A DNA stretch of 64,000 bases from Litorivicinus sp. (lineage in GTDB: Bacteria; Pseudomonadota; Gammaproteobacteria; Pseudomonadales; Litorivicinaceae), in NCBI GenBank assembly GCA_018401755.1, contig JAGYKJ010000003.1:80599-144598 (forward strand). The letters are read 5' to 3'. Each line of letters opens with the position of its first letter. The first letter of the stretch is position 1. Under the pieces are notes generated by a model, which had not been told where the DNA came from, searched no databases, and saw nothing but the letters and a program-made list of their open reading frames with translations. Positions 9,976-18,952 of the stretch are shown one piece after another. The translations under genes were made by a program, and so were the position numbers.

Positions 9976-10098
9976 GCCGAAACCCTAGTTCAAGGGCCGG
10001 TAAAGTCAGTTGTACATGGACTAAGGCGCAGGTTTCCAAGTCTCGTATGCGATGCGCTTCTACAGTCTGGTCGTGTCCAACAAAACGGAGGAAGACAC

Positions 10099-10537
10099 AT
10101 GCGACAACGTGGTTTTACATTAATTGAGTTGATGATTGTGGTGGCAATTTTAGGAATCTTGGCAGTCGTCGCGATTCCTGCCTATCAAGATTATGCAACC
10201 CGGGCAAAGGTCTCTGAGGCACTCTCGCTCGGAAGCCAAGTCAAGGCATCGGTGACTGAGGCATATAGCGCATCAGGCTCACTGCCAGGCAGTAATACAG
10301 CAGCCGGGTTACCAGCGAGTACGGCAGCTTGTTGGCAAATATATTTCTGACACTGCAGTGAATACGGGTGGTTTGATTGAAATGACCTTCGGCAATACGG
10401 GTAATACCGCGCTCAATAGCAAGGTTCTCAAGTTCACCCCGACTGTGACAGGGTCTGGTTTGTCTTGGGAATGCTCGGTCAGTTCTGCTGAGATCTTCAA
10501 GTTTGTTCCGATCGATTGCCGCAATGAGGTGATCTAA
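10099..10537 (+). pseudogene. pilA: type IVa major pilin interrupted by a +1 frameshift (or an assembly error)
   Basis: An RBS GGAGG precedes the ATG at 10099. Frame 1 gives [42 protein letters not shown]...[16 protein letters not shown] with the stop at 10348-10350. The +1 frame, open from 10295, continues (V)[67 protein letters not shown] and ends at 10537. That is a canonical pilin C-terminal domain with a disulfide loop. Confidence 0.75.
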
Positions 10538-10648
10538 GATCAGCGCAACGCCGTGACGACGGTGACTTGCTGGGACGGCCGACCTCTGGTGGTACTTCAT
10601 GCCTCATTGAGGACTTGTATTCGCCCAAATTCCCCACACCCTTACCCT

Positions 10649-11041
10649 ATGCAAAAAGTCACCGTTCTCTATAACGATCAATGTCCAGTCTGTTCGATGG
10701 AAATCGAGCATTACCGAGGTCTATCACTTCGGCATGCACCGCATCTCGACTTCGAGCCGCTGTCGGTGCCTGGCCCTGTGTATACGGCATTGGGCCTGAC
10801 TCTTGAAAACGCCAAACGGCGCTTACATGTGCGTGATCGTCATGGAGAGGTGGCGATTGGGGTGGATGCATTCCTGGTCATCTGGCGCGAACTACCTGGC
10901 TACCGTCTGCTTGCGAAGGTGGTTCAGGCCCCAGGGATTTATCACTTCGCGAACCTGATCTACAACTGGATACTCGCGCCAATGCTGTTTCAGTGGGATC
11001 GGCGACGGATGATTAAAGCAGCACAAAGTGGTCCGCAATGA
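10649..11041 (+). CDS. DCC-family thiol-disulfide oxidoreductase (DUF393)
   Basis: N-terminal VTVLYNDQCPVCSMEIEHYRG matches the DxxCxxC motif of the DCC family. Start set to MQKVTVLY; the ORF-track start is 32 codons further upstream. Confidence 0.7.
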   Translation: MQKVTVLYNDQCPVCSMEIEHYRGLSLRHAPHLDFEPLSVPGPVYTALGLTLENAKRRLHVRDRHGEVAIGVDAFLVIWRELPGYRLLAKVVQAPGIYHFANLIYNWILAPMLFQWDRRRMIKAAQSGPQ

Positions 11042-11555
11042 CTGCAACGCAGTAGCCGATACCACTGGCCACAAGTACGTCAGACGGATAATGCAACCCG
11101 AGAATCACTCGTGACACGGCAATCATCACCATGATAGGCACTAAAAAGGCACCAAGGAGAGGGAGTGTCGATAAACACAGTAACGTGATGGTCACCGCGT
11201 GCAAAGTGTGTCCACTTGGGAATGAATAGTGATCTAAGGCTGGGGTTCCGGGATTAATCGCTTCCCACGTCGTACAAGGGCGATTGCGTAATGTTTGCCC
11301 CTTCATCAATTTGTAAACCAATAAATTAAAGAGACTGGCACCGATCAAGACAACGGGGAGGTTCCCAGCGTCTGGGGTGGTCAAACCGATTGCGATCATC
11401 AGGAAGACCCAAAACGGCCCGTCACCGAGTTTTGAAAACACCACAAAGGTTTTGTGCACAGATGGGATTTGGGAGAGGGCATTGAGTGCCGTGCAGAGTG
11501 GTCGTTCGACACGATCAAGGCGATAAAATAATCGATGTCTTAACAAATCCTGCAA
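11013..11555 (-). CDS. membrane PAP2-family lipid phosphate phosphatase
   Basis: All three PAP2 motifs are present: KGQTLRNRP (KX6RP), PSGHT, and SRVILGLHYPSD (SRX5HX3D). Several TM segments. TTG start, with GGGAGA 9 nt upstream. Confidence 0.8.
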   Translation of the reverse strand: MQDLLRHRLFYRLDRVERPLCTALNALSQIPSVHKTFVVFSKLGDGPFWVFLMIAIGLTTPDAGNLPVVLIGASLFNLLVYKLMKGQTLRNRPCTTWEAINPGTPALDHYSFPSGHTLHAVTITLLCLSTLPLLGAFLVPIMVMIAVSRVILGLHYPSDVLVASGIGYCVAVIADHFVLL

Positions 11556-11608
11556 GTGAATCTATCTCCCTAGTTTTCAATATGCTAGGTCTGACTCATG
11601 ACGCGCCC

Positions 11609-11637
11609 ATGTCATTTTTATGAAGTTTTTATGACAG
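11609..11637 (-). promoter_or_regulatory. Pho-box array (three 7-bp repeats at 11-bp phase) upstream of the PAP2 gene
   Basis: The minus strand reads CTGTCAT-AAAA-ACTTCAT-AAAA-ATGACAT, 53-82 nt upstream of the TTG start. The first repeat is formed by the last codons plus stop of the GT4 gene (CTG TCA TAA). Confidence 0.6.
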
Positions 11638-12663
11638 TGTCTCGTCCAGCTCATAGGGATCGGCAGGCTTCAACTGGCCCGCAAACTGAGTCGTGCAACG
11701 GTGCCACGAGTAGCCCTCCGCAAAGTCACGACACGCATGTCTGGGCACCTTCAGGGCTTCAGTGATCGCTTCGCCAAGATCCTCGGCAATCCAGCCATTG
11801 AGACCATTCTGAATCAAATCGATCGGTCCAGGCGCAGGGTAGGCAGCCACAGGCACTCCACAGGCCATGGATTCCAAGATCACCAGGCCGAAGGTGTCGG
11901 TGAGCGAGGGAAACACAAAGCAGTCCGCTTGTCCCATGAGTGCAGCCAATTCTGCACCGTGCCGATATCCTAAAAAGGTCACATCTGGATACGAGGCTTG
12001 CAGTGCTTCCAATGCTGGGCCACCGCCGATCACCACTTTTTGGCCATCCACCGGACAAGCCAGAAAAGCCTCGATATTTTTCTCTGGGGCAACCCGACCG
12101 ACGTATAGCAATGTTGGCGGATGGGTTGGTGTGCGATCAATCACGGGTTGAAAGACGTCCAGATCGACACCGCGTGACCACCGTCCAATATTTCTGAAGC
12201 CGCGCGATATCAGTTCCTGCTCCATGGACGGTGTTGCGACCAGCATCCGATGTGCGGGGCCATGAAACCATTTTAGAAAGGCATAGCTCCACGACACTGG
12301 AATCGGCAGGCGAAGCTGAATATATTCTGGGAATCGGGTGTGATAGCTGGTGGTAAACGGCAGGGCGTGACGGCGACACCAGCGACGTGCTGCCAGTCCC
12401 AGAGGGCCCTCTGTGGCAATATGAACCGCATCTGGCTTTAAGCGGGTGAGCCTTTTTTGAATCGATCGTCCGGCACCAAGAGCGAGTCGGATTTCTGGGT
12501 AGGTTGGGCAAGGAATGGAGCGATATCCCTCGGGACTTAAGACATCGACTCGATGTCCCAATGCCTCAAGCTCCTCGCGGGTTCGGCTCAAAGTTCTGAC
12601 GACACCGTTGACCTGGGGGTGCCATGCATCGGTGACAATCGCGATCAACAGACTCTGTGCCAT
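11629..12663 (-). CDS. GT4-family (GT-B) glycosyltransferase, possible diacylglycerol glycosyltransferase
   Basis: 344 aa. N-terminus IVTDAWHPQVNGVVRT and C-terminal region FVFPSLTDTFGLVILESMACGVPVAA, typical of the retaining GT4 enzymes SqdX/Agt/Pgt. RBS AAGGAGA. Confidence 0.85.
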   Translation of the reverse strand: MAQSLLIAIVTDAWHPQVNGVVRTLSRTREELEALGHRVDVLSPEGYRSIPCPTYPEIRLALGAGRSIQKRLTRLKPDAVHIATEGPLGLAARRWCRRHALPFTTSYHTRFPEYIQLRLPIPVSWSYAFLKWFHGPAHRMLVATPSMEQELISRGFRNIGRWSRGVDLDVFQPVIDRTPTHPPTLLYVGRVAPEKNIEAFLACPVDGQKVVIGGGPALEALQASYPDVTFLGYRHGAELAALMGQADCFVFPSLTDTFGLVILESMACGVPVAAYPAPGPIDLIQNGLNGWIAEDLGEAITEALKVPRHACRDFAEGYSWHRCTTQFAGQLKPADPYELDETLS

Positions 12664-12690
12664 TCGTGTCTCCTTGGGTTGTCCTATTGC

Positions 12691-12719
12691 ATGACATTTT
12701 TATGACAATAAGATGACGG
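12691..12719 (-). promoter_or_regulatory. Pho-box array upstream of the GT4 gene
   Basis: The minus strand reads CCGTCAT-CTTA-TTGTCAT-AAAA-ATGTCAT. The distal pair ends 38 nt upstream of the ATG at 12663. Confidence 0.6.
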
Positions 12720-12733
12720 TTGCTTTCATTGGA

Positions 12734-12751
12734 CTGTCATAATCTCGGCGT
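12734..12751 (+). promoter_or_regulatory. possible Pho-box half-site facing the HD/phn operon
   Basis: CTGTCAT-AATC-TCGGCGT. The first repeat matches the consensus and the second is poor. It lies 41 nt upstream of the ATG at 12792, in the same 128-bp divergent region as the GT4 array. Confidence 0.35.
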
Positions 12752-12791
12752 ATCGTCACGTAGCTTGACGTTAGGCCCAAGGAGGTGCGCG

Positions 12792-13337
12792 ATGTACGAA
12801 ATCATTCGAGGCTGTTTTGATCGTCATGGCGATAAGCGCTACGGGGAGTTCGTCACACAGCGCCAGCATGCTCTCCAGTGCGCGACACTGGCTTCTCAAG
12901 AAGGCGCGTCAGCGCCCTTGATTGCGGCCGCCTTGCTACATGATATTGGCCATATGGTCGAGTCGACACTCGGATCTCGAGATCCAGCAGATGATTTAAT
13001 GCATGAGGCCAGTGGGGCACGCTTCCTCGGCCAGTGGTTTCCGCGTGAGGTAACTGAACCTGTTCGCTTGCATGTCATTGCCAAACGATTCTTATGCGGA
13101 AATGAGGTGTCCTATTATGACACCTTGTCACCCGCCTCTCGGCATAGCCTTGAACTGCAAGGTGGGCCGATGTCTGCGGATGCACAACGTCAATTTTTAA
13201 CGACCCCGTTTGCGCGTGAAGCGATTGCACTGCGGCGGTGGGATGATTTGGCGAAAGATACGGATCTCGAACTCGCATTGTCACTTGAGGACTTTAAAGA
13301 ACTCCTCGAGTCACTGATGCGTCCAGAAGTGGCGTGA
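12792..13337 (+). CDS. PhnZ-like HD-domain protein (phosphonate-degradation-associated HD oxygenase family)
   Basis: YGEFVTQRQHALQCATLA, LLHDIGH, HVIAKRFL, LELQGGPM and RRWDDLAK recall PhnZ. RBS AAGGAGG lies before the ATG at 12792; the ORF-track start at 12720 is a TTG. The stop overlaps the phnG start (TGATG). Confidence 0.75.
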   Translation: MYEIIRGCFDRHGDKRYGEFVTQRQHALQCATLASQEGASAPLIAAALLHDIGHMVESTLGSRDPADDLMHEASGARFLGQWFPREVTEPVRLHVIAKRFLCGNEVSYYDTLSPASRHSLELQGGPMSADAQRQFLTTPFAREAIALRRWDDLAKDTDLELALSLEDFKELLESLMRPEVA

Positions 13338-13807
13338 TGCAGTCTCGTTTTCATTCAGTAGATGCATTACGCGTTGCGCGACTGCGTTGGCTCGGAACCT
13401 GTGTTCGCGTTCCCGGCGATGAGGTACGTCATTATTGGGAGGGCTTCGAGCGTCCTGATATTCGGGTATTGAAGGCGCCCGAAGTCGGTTTGGTGATGAC
13501 GCAAGGGCGCACCCATGGCACCGGTTCCCCGTTTCTATTCGGTGAGGCCTCAATGACACGTTGCGTTGTCGGTGACACTGAGGGTCTTGGCCTGTTGGGC
13601 TATGGTCAGATTTTAGGTCGGGATAAGGGATTGGCTCGGGCGATTGCTGATCTTGATCTATTGGCACAGGATGTTGAGCTCGGTCCACAAATTGATCTTT
13701 GGATTGCTGCCTGGGCCGATGAACTTCAGGCGCTAGACCGTGCTGAAGCAGAGCGTGTGCAAGCCACCCGTGTCGATTTTCTAACCTTGGTGCGTGGAGA
13801 GGACTAG
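13337..13807 (+). CDS. phnG: C-P lyase core complex subunit PhnG
   Basis: Size and position immediately before phnH-phnI-phnJ. Contains the motif GTGSPFLFGEASMTRCVV, typical of PhnG. Confidence 0.8.
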   Translation: MQSRFHSVDALRVARLRWLGTCVRVPGDEVRHYWEGFERPDIRVLKAPEVGLVMTQGRTHGTGSPFLFGEASMTRCVVGDTEGLGLLGYGQILGRDKGLARAIADLDLLAQDVELGPQIDLWIAAWADELQALDRAEAERVQATRVDFLTLVRGED

Positions 13808-14407
13808 ATGGTCGCTGTCATCGAAGCACCAGAGCATCAAACACTGCTGATGCAGCAGACATTCCGGGCTGTGCTCACTGCGCTCTCAGAGCCCTTACGC
13901 GCGGTCTCTATTCCAGCCTTGCCCACCCCTCTGGGGACAACCTCTGCGCTCTGGGCGATGGCTCTCACACTTTGGGATCAAGATGTCAGTGTGTGGTGGC
14001 CTGAGGCGGACGATGATCTCTGGTACAACACCTTGTTTCATACCCGGGTCACGCGTGCGGCATCGATCGAGCAGGCGGATTGGGTAGTCTTGTCTGCGGA
14101 TCACCCGGAAACACCGAATCGGTTAGGTTTGGTATCTATTGGTGTGGATGAGCGCCCTGATCAGTCTGCCAGTGTGCTGCTACTGGCGAGCAGATCGCGA
14201 ACCCATGTGCATGGCGCCGGTCCTGGTCTTTTGCATCCGGTGGAGGTTCAGTTGCCATTACCAGAGGCGATCGTGGATCAACTGATCCTGAATCATGCGC
14301 ACTACCCCTTGGGATTCGATACCTATGTGGTCTTTGACCAAGCAGTCATGGGCTTACCACGGTCGACGCGGTTAACCTGGGGAGATGAGACATGTACGTC
14401 GCTGTAA
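13808..14407 (+). CDS. phnH: C-P lyase subunit PhnH
   Basis: 199 aa, with the N-terminal motif QQTFRAVLTALSEPLR typical of PhnH. The start abuts the phnG stop. Confidence 0.85.
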   Translation: MVAVIEAPEHQTLLMQQTFRAVLTALSEPLRAVSIPALPTPLGTTSALWAMALTLWDQDVSVWWPEADDDLWYNTLFHTRVTRAASIEQADWVVLSADHPETPNRLGLVSIGVDERPDQSASVLLLASRSRTHVHGAGPGLLHPVEVQLPLPEAIVDQLILNHAHYPLGFDTYVVFDQAVMGLPRSTRLTWGDETCTSL

Positions 14408-15513
14408 AAGGAGGCGAAAAGGCGATAGCGGAAGCGCATGCATTGCTCGCTGAGCTTCGACGCGGTGATCCCGATGTGGCCGAGCTGTCGTTAGACCAAA
14501 TTCAGAATCAGCTGAGTTTGGCAGTTGATCGCGTGATGAATGAGGGGTCGTTATTCGATACGGAACTCGCTGCCCTCGCAATCAAGCAGGCGCAAGGCGA
14601 TTTAATCGAAGCGATCTTCTTGCTGCGGGCCTATCGGACAACGCTGCCACGCCATGGCGTCTCGACCCCGATTGAAACCACGGACATGCGTGTGTTACGA
14701 CGAATCTCTGCGACCTTTAAAGACGTCCCTGGTGGCCAAATTCTTGGGCCAACCTATGACTACACCCACCGGCTGCTTGATTTTGCACTGGCTGTCGAGG
14801 CCATGGATGAGACTGACTGGGATCACGACGCGCATCACCACGATGATGCGCTCGAGGATCAGGATACTGAGACTGAAGAGGCCTCGCCGACATTGAGCCG
14901 TGTGCTGTCGCTGTTGGAGCGCGAGGGATTGGTCGAGCAGCCGCCAAGTGCAGTTTCCACTCCCTCTGTGGATTTAACCCGTGAGCCTCTCGACTTCCCA
15001 GCAGCGCGCGAGACTCGGTTGCAAGCGTTGGCACGAGGTGATGAGGGCTATTTATTATCACTTGCCTACTCCACCCAGCGCGGCTACGGACGGACGCACC
15101 CATTTGCCGGTGAGATACGGTCAGGAGTGGTGATGTTGCATTGCCCTGTGGAAGAGCTGGGATACGCATTGCCTCTCGGTGAATTCCTTGTCACCGAATG
15201 CGACATGATTAATCAGTTCCAAGGCGGCGGGGATCTCGAGCCCACCTTCACCCGCGGCTATGGTTTGCAGGTCGGTCTGTCAGAACGCAAGGCCATGTCC
15301 ATGGCCTTGGTGGATCGGGCGTTACGCGCCGATGAACTGGACGAAGAGCGATTATCACCGGCCCAAGATGAAGAATTTGTTCTCGCACACTGTGACAACG
15401 TCGAGGCCTGGGGTTTCGTGTCGCATCTTAAGCTTCCGCACTACGTTGATTTTCAGAGTGAACTTGCCTTGATTCGTGCCTTACGACAGGCTGCGGAGAC
15501 CCCTGATGCATGA
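14392..15513 (+). CDS. phnI: C-P lyase subunit PhnI
   Basis: Starts MYVAVKGGEKAI, the canonical PhnI N-terminus. 373 aa. Overlaps phnH by 16 nt. Confidence 0.92.
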   Translation: MYVAVKGGEKAIAEAHALLAELRRGDPDVAELSLDQIQNQLSLAVDRVMNEGSLFDTELAALAIKQAQGDLIEAIFLLRAYRTTLPRHGVSTPIETTDMRVLRRISATFKDVPGGQILGPTYDYTHRLLDFALAVEAMDETDWDHDAHHHDDALEDQDTETEEASPTLSRVLSLLEREGLVEQPPSAVSTPSVDLTREPLDFPAARETRLQALARGDEGYLLSLAYSTQRGYGRTHPFAGEIRSGVVMLHCPVEELGYALPLGEFLVTECDMINQFQGGGDLEPTFTRGYGLQVGLSERKAMSMALVDRALRADELDEERLSPAQDEEFVLAHCDNVEAWGFVSHLKLPHYVDFQSELALIRALRQAAETPDA

Positions 15514-16354
15514 GACCCTAACGGACTACAATTTTGCCTACTTGGATGAGCAAACAAAACGCATGATTCGCCGCGGTCTGCTTAAGGCAGTTGCGGTCCC
15601 TGGGTTACAGATTCCATTCGGTGGGCGTGAAATGCCTCTTCCCTACGGCTGGGGAACTGGCGGCATCCAGGTCACTGCGGCTGTCATTGGTCCAGACGAT
15701 GTCTTGAAGGTCATTGATCAAGGAGCTGATGACACCACTAACGCCGTGTCGATTCGTGCGTTTTTTGCGAAAACTGCGGGTGTTGCGACCACTGAAGTGA
15801 CCACTGAGGCGACCTTGATACAGACCCGTCATCGGATTCCGGAGACCGCTTTAACGAGTGGCCAGATTCTGATTTATCAGGTCCCAATTCCGGAGCCTTT
15901 GCGCTTTATTGAGCCGCGTGAAACCGAGACACGTAAAATGCATGCCTTGTCGGAGTATGGCGTGATGCATGTGAAGCTGTACGAAGATATTGCTCAATTC
16001 GGCCAGATTGCGACAAGTTATGCCTATCCCGTTTTGGTGAATGGGCGGTATGTGATGGATCCATCGCCAATCCCAAAATTCGATAACCCTAAAATGCATC
16101 AGAACCCCGCGTTACAACTGTTTGGTGCGGGCCGCGAAAAGCGATTGTATGCAGTGCCCCCCTATACCGATGTGGTGTCTTTAGACTTTGAGGACCACCC
16201 CTTCGAGGTACAGTCATGGGACAGTCCTTGTGGTCTCTGTGGCTCGACCGACTCCTTTCTCGATGAGGTGGTCATGGATGATGCAGGGACACGCCTCTTT
16301 ATTTGCTCAGATACCGACTATTGCCGCATCCAGCGGGAGCGCGCTGATGGTTGA
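15506..16354 (+). CDS. phnJ: alpha-D-ribose 1-methylphosphonate 5-phosphate C-P lyase PhnJ
   Basis: YNFAYLDEQTKRMIRR near the N-terminus, and the four-Cys cluster CGLCGSTDSFLDEVVMDDAGTRLFICSDTDYC. Start set to ATG 15506 (MHETLTDYNF), overlapping phnI by 8 nt. Confidence 0.93.
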   Translation: MHETLTDYNFAYLDEQTKRMIRRGLLKAVAVPGLQIPFGGREMPLPYGWGTGGIQVTAAVIGPDDVLKVIDQGADDTTNAVSIRAFFAKTAGVATTEVTTEATLIQTRHRIPETALTSGQILIYQVPIPEPLRFIEPRETETRKMHALSEYGVMHVKLYEDIAQFGQIATSYAYPVLVNGRYVMDPSPIPKFDNPKMHQNPALQLFGAGREKRLYAVPPYTDVVSLDFEDHPFEVQSWDSPCGLCGSTDSFLDEVVMDDAGTRLFICSDTDYCRIQRERADG

Positions 16355-17123
16355 GCCAATCTTAAGCGCCCGAGGGTTAACCAGAGAGTACGCGCCCGAG
16401 CAGGGGTGTCTCGAGGTTGATTTGGATGTGTGGCCAGGCGAAGTGGTTGGGATTGTCGGCGAATCTGGATCTGGCAAAAGTACCTTACTGCGATTGCTGT
16501 CAGGTCAAGAGCGTCCCGATGCAGGCACCTTGTCATTTACGGATCGTGCGGGTCGTCAACACGATCTGGTGCGGGTATCAGAAAGTGCGATTCGACAATT
16601 ACAACGGACGGCGTTCGGCATCGTGCATCAGAATCCCAGGGACGGATTACGACTACGGATCAGTGCTGGTGGGAATATTGGCGAGCGATTGATGGGTGTG
16701 GGTGCTCGGCATTACGGGGATATTCGTGCCCAAGCCGTGCATTGGCTGAGTCACGTGGAGATTGACCCTGCTCGGATTGATGACCTCCCTCGTTACTTCT
16801 CAGGGGGCATGCAACAGCGCCTGCAAATCGCCCGAAACTTGGTCACGAATCCCGGTCTTGTGTTCATGGATGAGCCAACAGGTGGATTGGATGTGTCGGT
16901 GCAAGCGCGATTGCTGGATACACTCAAACGTCTGGTGCATGACTTGGGCATTTCGGTGGTGATCGTGACCCATGACATGGGTGTCGCGCGACTTCTTGCA
17001 GACCGACTGTTGGTGATGCGATTTGGTCGTGTCATTGAGACTGGGTTGACCGACCAAGTTTTGGATGATCCACAAGCGGCCTACACGCAACAGTTGGTTG
17101 CCTCGATTTTGCAGGTGTCTTGA
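16347..17123 (+). CDS. phnK: C-P lyase ATP-binding subunit PhnK
   Basis: ABC ATPase with Walker A GESGSGKST, signature FSGGMQQR and Walker B LVFMDEP. Start set to ATG 16347, overlapping phnJ by 8 nt. Confidence 0.9.
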   Translation: MVEPILSARGLTREYAPEQGCLEVDLDVWPGEVVGIVGESGSGKSTLLRLLSGQERPDAGTLSFTDRAGRQHDLVRVSESAIRQLQRTAFGIVHQNPRDGLRLRISAGGNIGERLMGVGARHYGDIRAQAVHWLSHVEIDPARIDDLPRYFSGGMQQRLQIARNLVTNPGLVFMDEPTGGLDVSVQARLLDTLKRLVHDLGISVVIVTHDMGVARLLADRLLVMRFGRVIETGLTDQVLDDPQAAYTQQLVASILQVS

Positions 17124-17809
17124 TGTCTTTGATTGACGTCCGCTCAGTGTCTAAAACGTTCATTTTGCACAATCAGGGTGGCGTTCAATTACCAGTGCTT
17201 CGCAATGCATCCTTTCAAGTAACGGCTGGCGAATGCGTGGTTCTTGATGGTCCCTCGGGAACAGGGAAGTCCACCTTGCTCAAGATGCTATACGGCAACT
17301 ATCGAGCGGACTCTGGACAAATTTTGGTGCAAACCGCCTCCGGTATCGAAGATCTGGTCGCGATTCACCCACATCGGATGTTGCAAATTCGGCGCGACAC
17401 TGTGGGGTTTGTGAGCCAGTTTTTGCGGGTCATCCCAAGGGTTTCAACCTGGGACGTCGTGTGCGAGCCCTTGCGTCGTCAAGGGGCTGATGAATCCATT
17501 GTGGCAGAGCGCGCGCGGCAGCTTTTGCAGCGTTTAAATTTGCCCCAATCACTGTGGCCGTTGGCGCCTGCCACCTTTTCTGGTGGGGAGCAGCAGCGAG
17601 TCAATATTGCCCGTAGTTTGATGGTCGAGTATCCGATTCTATTGCTTGATGAGCCGACCGCCTCCCTCGATGCTGCCAATCGCGAAGTCGTCGCTCGGCT
17701 CATCGAAGAGGCCCGTCAACGTGGTGCGGCTGTCGTCGGTATCTTTCACGATGACGGATTACGCAGCCGCCTCGCCGATCGGTTGTATGCCCTGGAGTCT
17801 GCACAATGA
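17120..17809 (+). CDS. phnL: C-P lyase ATP-binding subunit PhnL
   Basis: Second ABC ATPase with GPSGTGKST, FSGGEQQR and LLLDEP. 229 aa. Overlaps phnK by 4 nt. Confidence 0.9.
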   Translation: MMSLIDVRSVSKTFILHNQGGVQLPVLRNASFQVTAGECVVLDGPSGTGKSTLLKMLYGNYRADSGQILVQTASGIEDLVAIHPHRMLQIRRDTVGFVSQFLRVIPRVSTWDVVCEPLRRQGADESIVAERARQLLQRLNLPQSLWPLAPATFSGGEQQRVNIARSLMVEYPILLLDEPTASLDAANREVVARLIEEARQRGAAVVGIFHDDGLRSRLADRLYALESAQ

Positions 17810-18951
17810 TGCAGCGTTTTTCGGGACATCGGGTGCTCTGTGATGGCGTCTTTCGGCCGGCAACACTCACCGTAGAGGGTGGGCAAATTGTGGCAATCGA
17901 CGACACTGTCGCATCGGGTCCCGGGGTGGTTGAGGCGGGCGAGCATGCACTCATCCCTGGGTTGATTGAGCTGCATACCGACAATCATGAGAAATACTTT
18001 GAACCGCGACCAGGGGTGCACTGGCCGGCAATGCAGGCACTGCTTGCCCACGATGCCCATATGGCGTCTGCTGGGATCACAACGGTGTTTGACGCGATTG
18101 CAATTGGGTATGGATTTGGAGGTGTCAGTGCGTCTAGAGAACGCATCGCCGCCGAATCGATTCAGACATTACTGAATGTTCGCGAAGAGGGTGTATTTCG
18201 GGTCGATCATCGAGTCCACCTTCGGTGTGAGGTGTCCTGCCAAGGGACGGATCAGTACTTTGCACCCTGGGCAGGAGTCCCGGGCATTGATTTAGTCTCA
18301 CTGATGGATCATGCCCCAGGCCAACGGCAGTTTGTATCGATCGAGAAGTATCGCGAATACAACCAAAAGAAGTATGGCTACACCGACCACGAGTTTGAGC
18401 TGCTGATGGCGGAACATACCGAGGCCAGTGCACGTTTTGCTGGGCCAAATCGACTGCATATCACCGCGTTATGCCACACCCATGGCATCGCGCTGGCTTC
18501 CCATGACGATGCCACCGTCGCACATGTTGAGGAGTCCCTTGCACTGGGCTGCACCTTGGCTGAGTTTCCAACCACCATGGCGGCAGGTGAGGCCTCTCAT
18601 CGTCGTGGACTCAAGGTCATGATGGGAGCACCTAACGTGATTCGGGGAGGCTCGCACTCAGGAAATGTGGCCGCTAAGGACTTTGCAATGGCAGGGTGGT
18701 TGGACGTCTTGAGTTCGGATTACTACCCCAGCGCGTTGTTGCAAGCGGCAGTGAAGCTGACCGAACCTGACATCGGTGTGCCCTTGGAGCGTGCATTGTC
18801 CATGGTCACAAGTGAACCAGCGCAGGCCGCAGGTCTCACCGATCGCGGTGTTCTGGCGGAAGGGCGTCGCGCTGACTTTGTGATGTACGCAGATGATCAT
18901 CATGCAGTGCGGGTGCTACAAACCTATGCTGCCGGACAGCGGGTATTCTGA
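17806..18951 (+). CDS. phnM: alpha-D-ribose 1-methylphosphonate 5-triphosphate diphosphatase PhnM (amidohydrolase fold)
   Basis: 381 aa with the amidohydrolase HxH context (IELHTDNHE). It sits between phnL and phnN. The start overlaps the phnL stop (ATGA). Confidence 0.9.
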   Translation: MMQRFSGHRVLCDGVFRPATLTVEGGQIVAIDDTVASGPGVVEAGEHALIPGLIELHTDNHEKYFEPRPGVHWPAMQALLAHDAHMASAGITTVFDAIAIGYGFGGVSASRERIAAESIQTLLNVREEGVFRVDHRVHLRCEVSCQGTDQYFAPWAGVPGIDLVSLMDHAPGQRQFVSIEKYREYNQKKYGYTDHEFELLMAEHTEASARFAGPNRLHITALCHTHGIALASHDDATVAHVEESLALGCTLAEFPTTMAAGEASHRRGLKVMMGAPNVIRGGSHSGNVAAKDFAMAGWLDVLSSDYYPSALLQAAVKLTEPDIGVPLERALSMVTSEPAQAAGLTDRGVLAEGRRADFVMYADDHHAVRVLQTYAAGQRVF

Positions 18952-18952
18952 G

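Noticed and set aside
9976-10098. Search for a sigma54 (-24 TGGCAC / -12 TTGCA) promoter upstream of pilA, as in Pseudomonas
   Set aside because: I found no GG-N10-GC element with acceptable flanks. The absence is only noted, not claimed as proof.
13311-13688. 125-aa minus-strand ORF
   Set aside because: It is antisense to phnG, within a tightly coupled operon, and has no motif.
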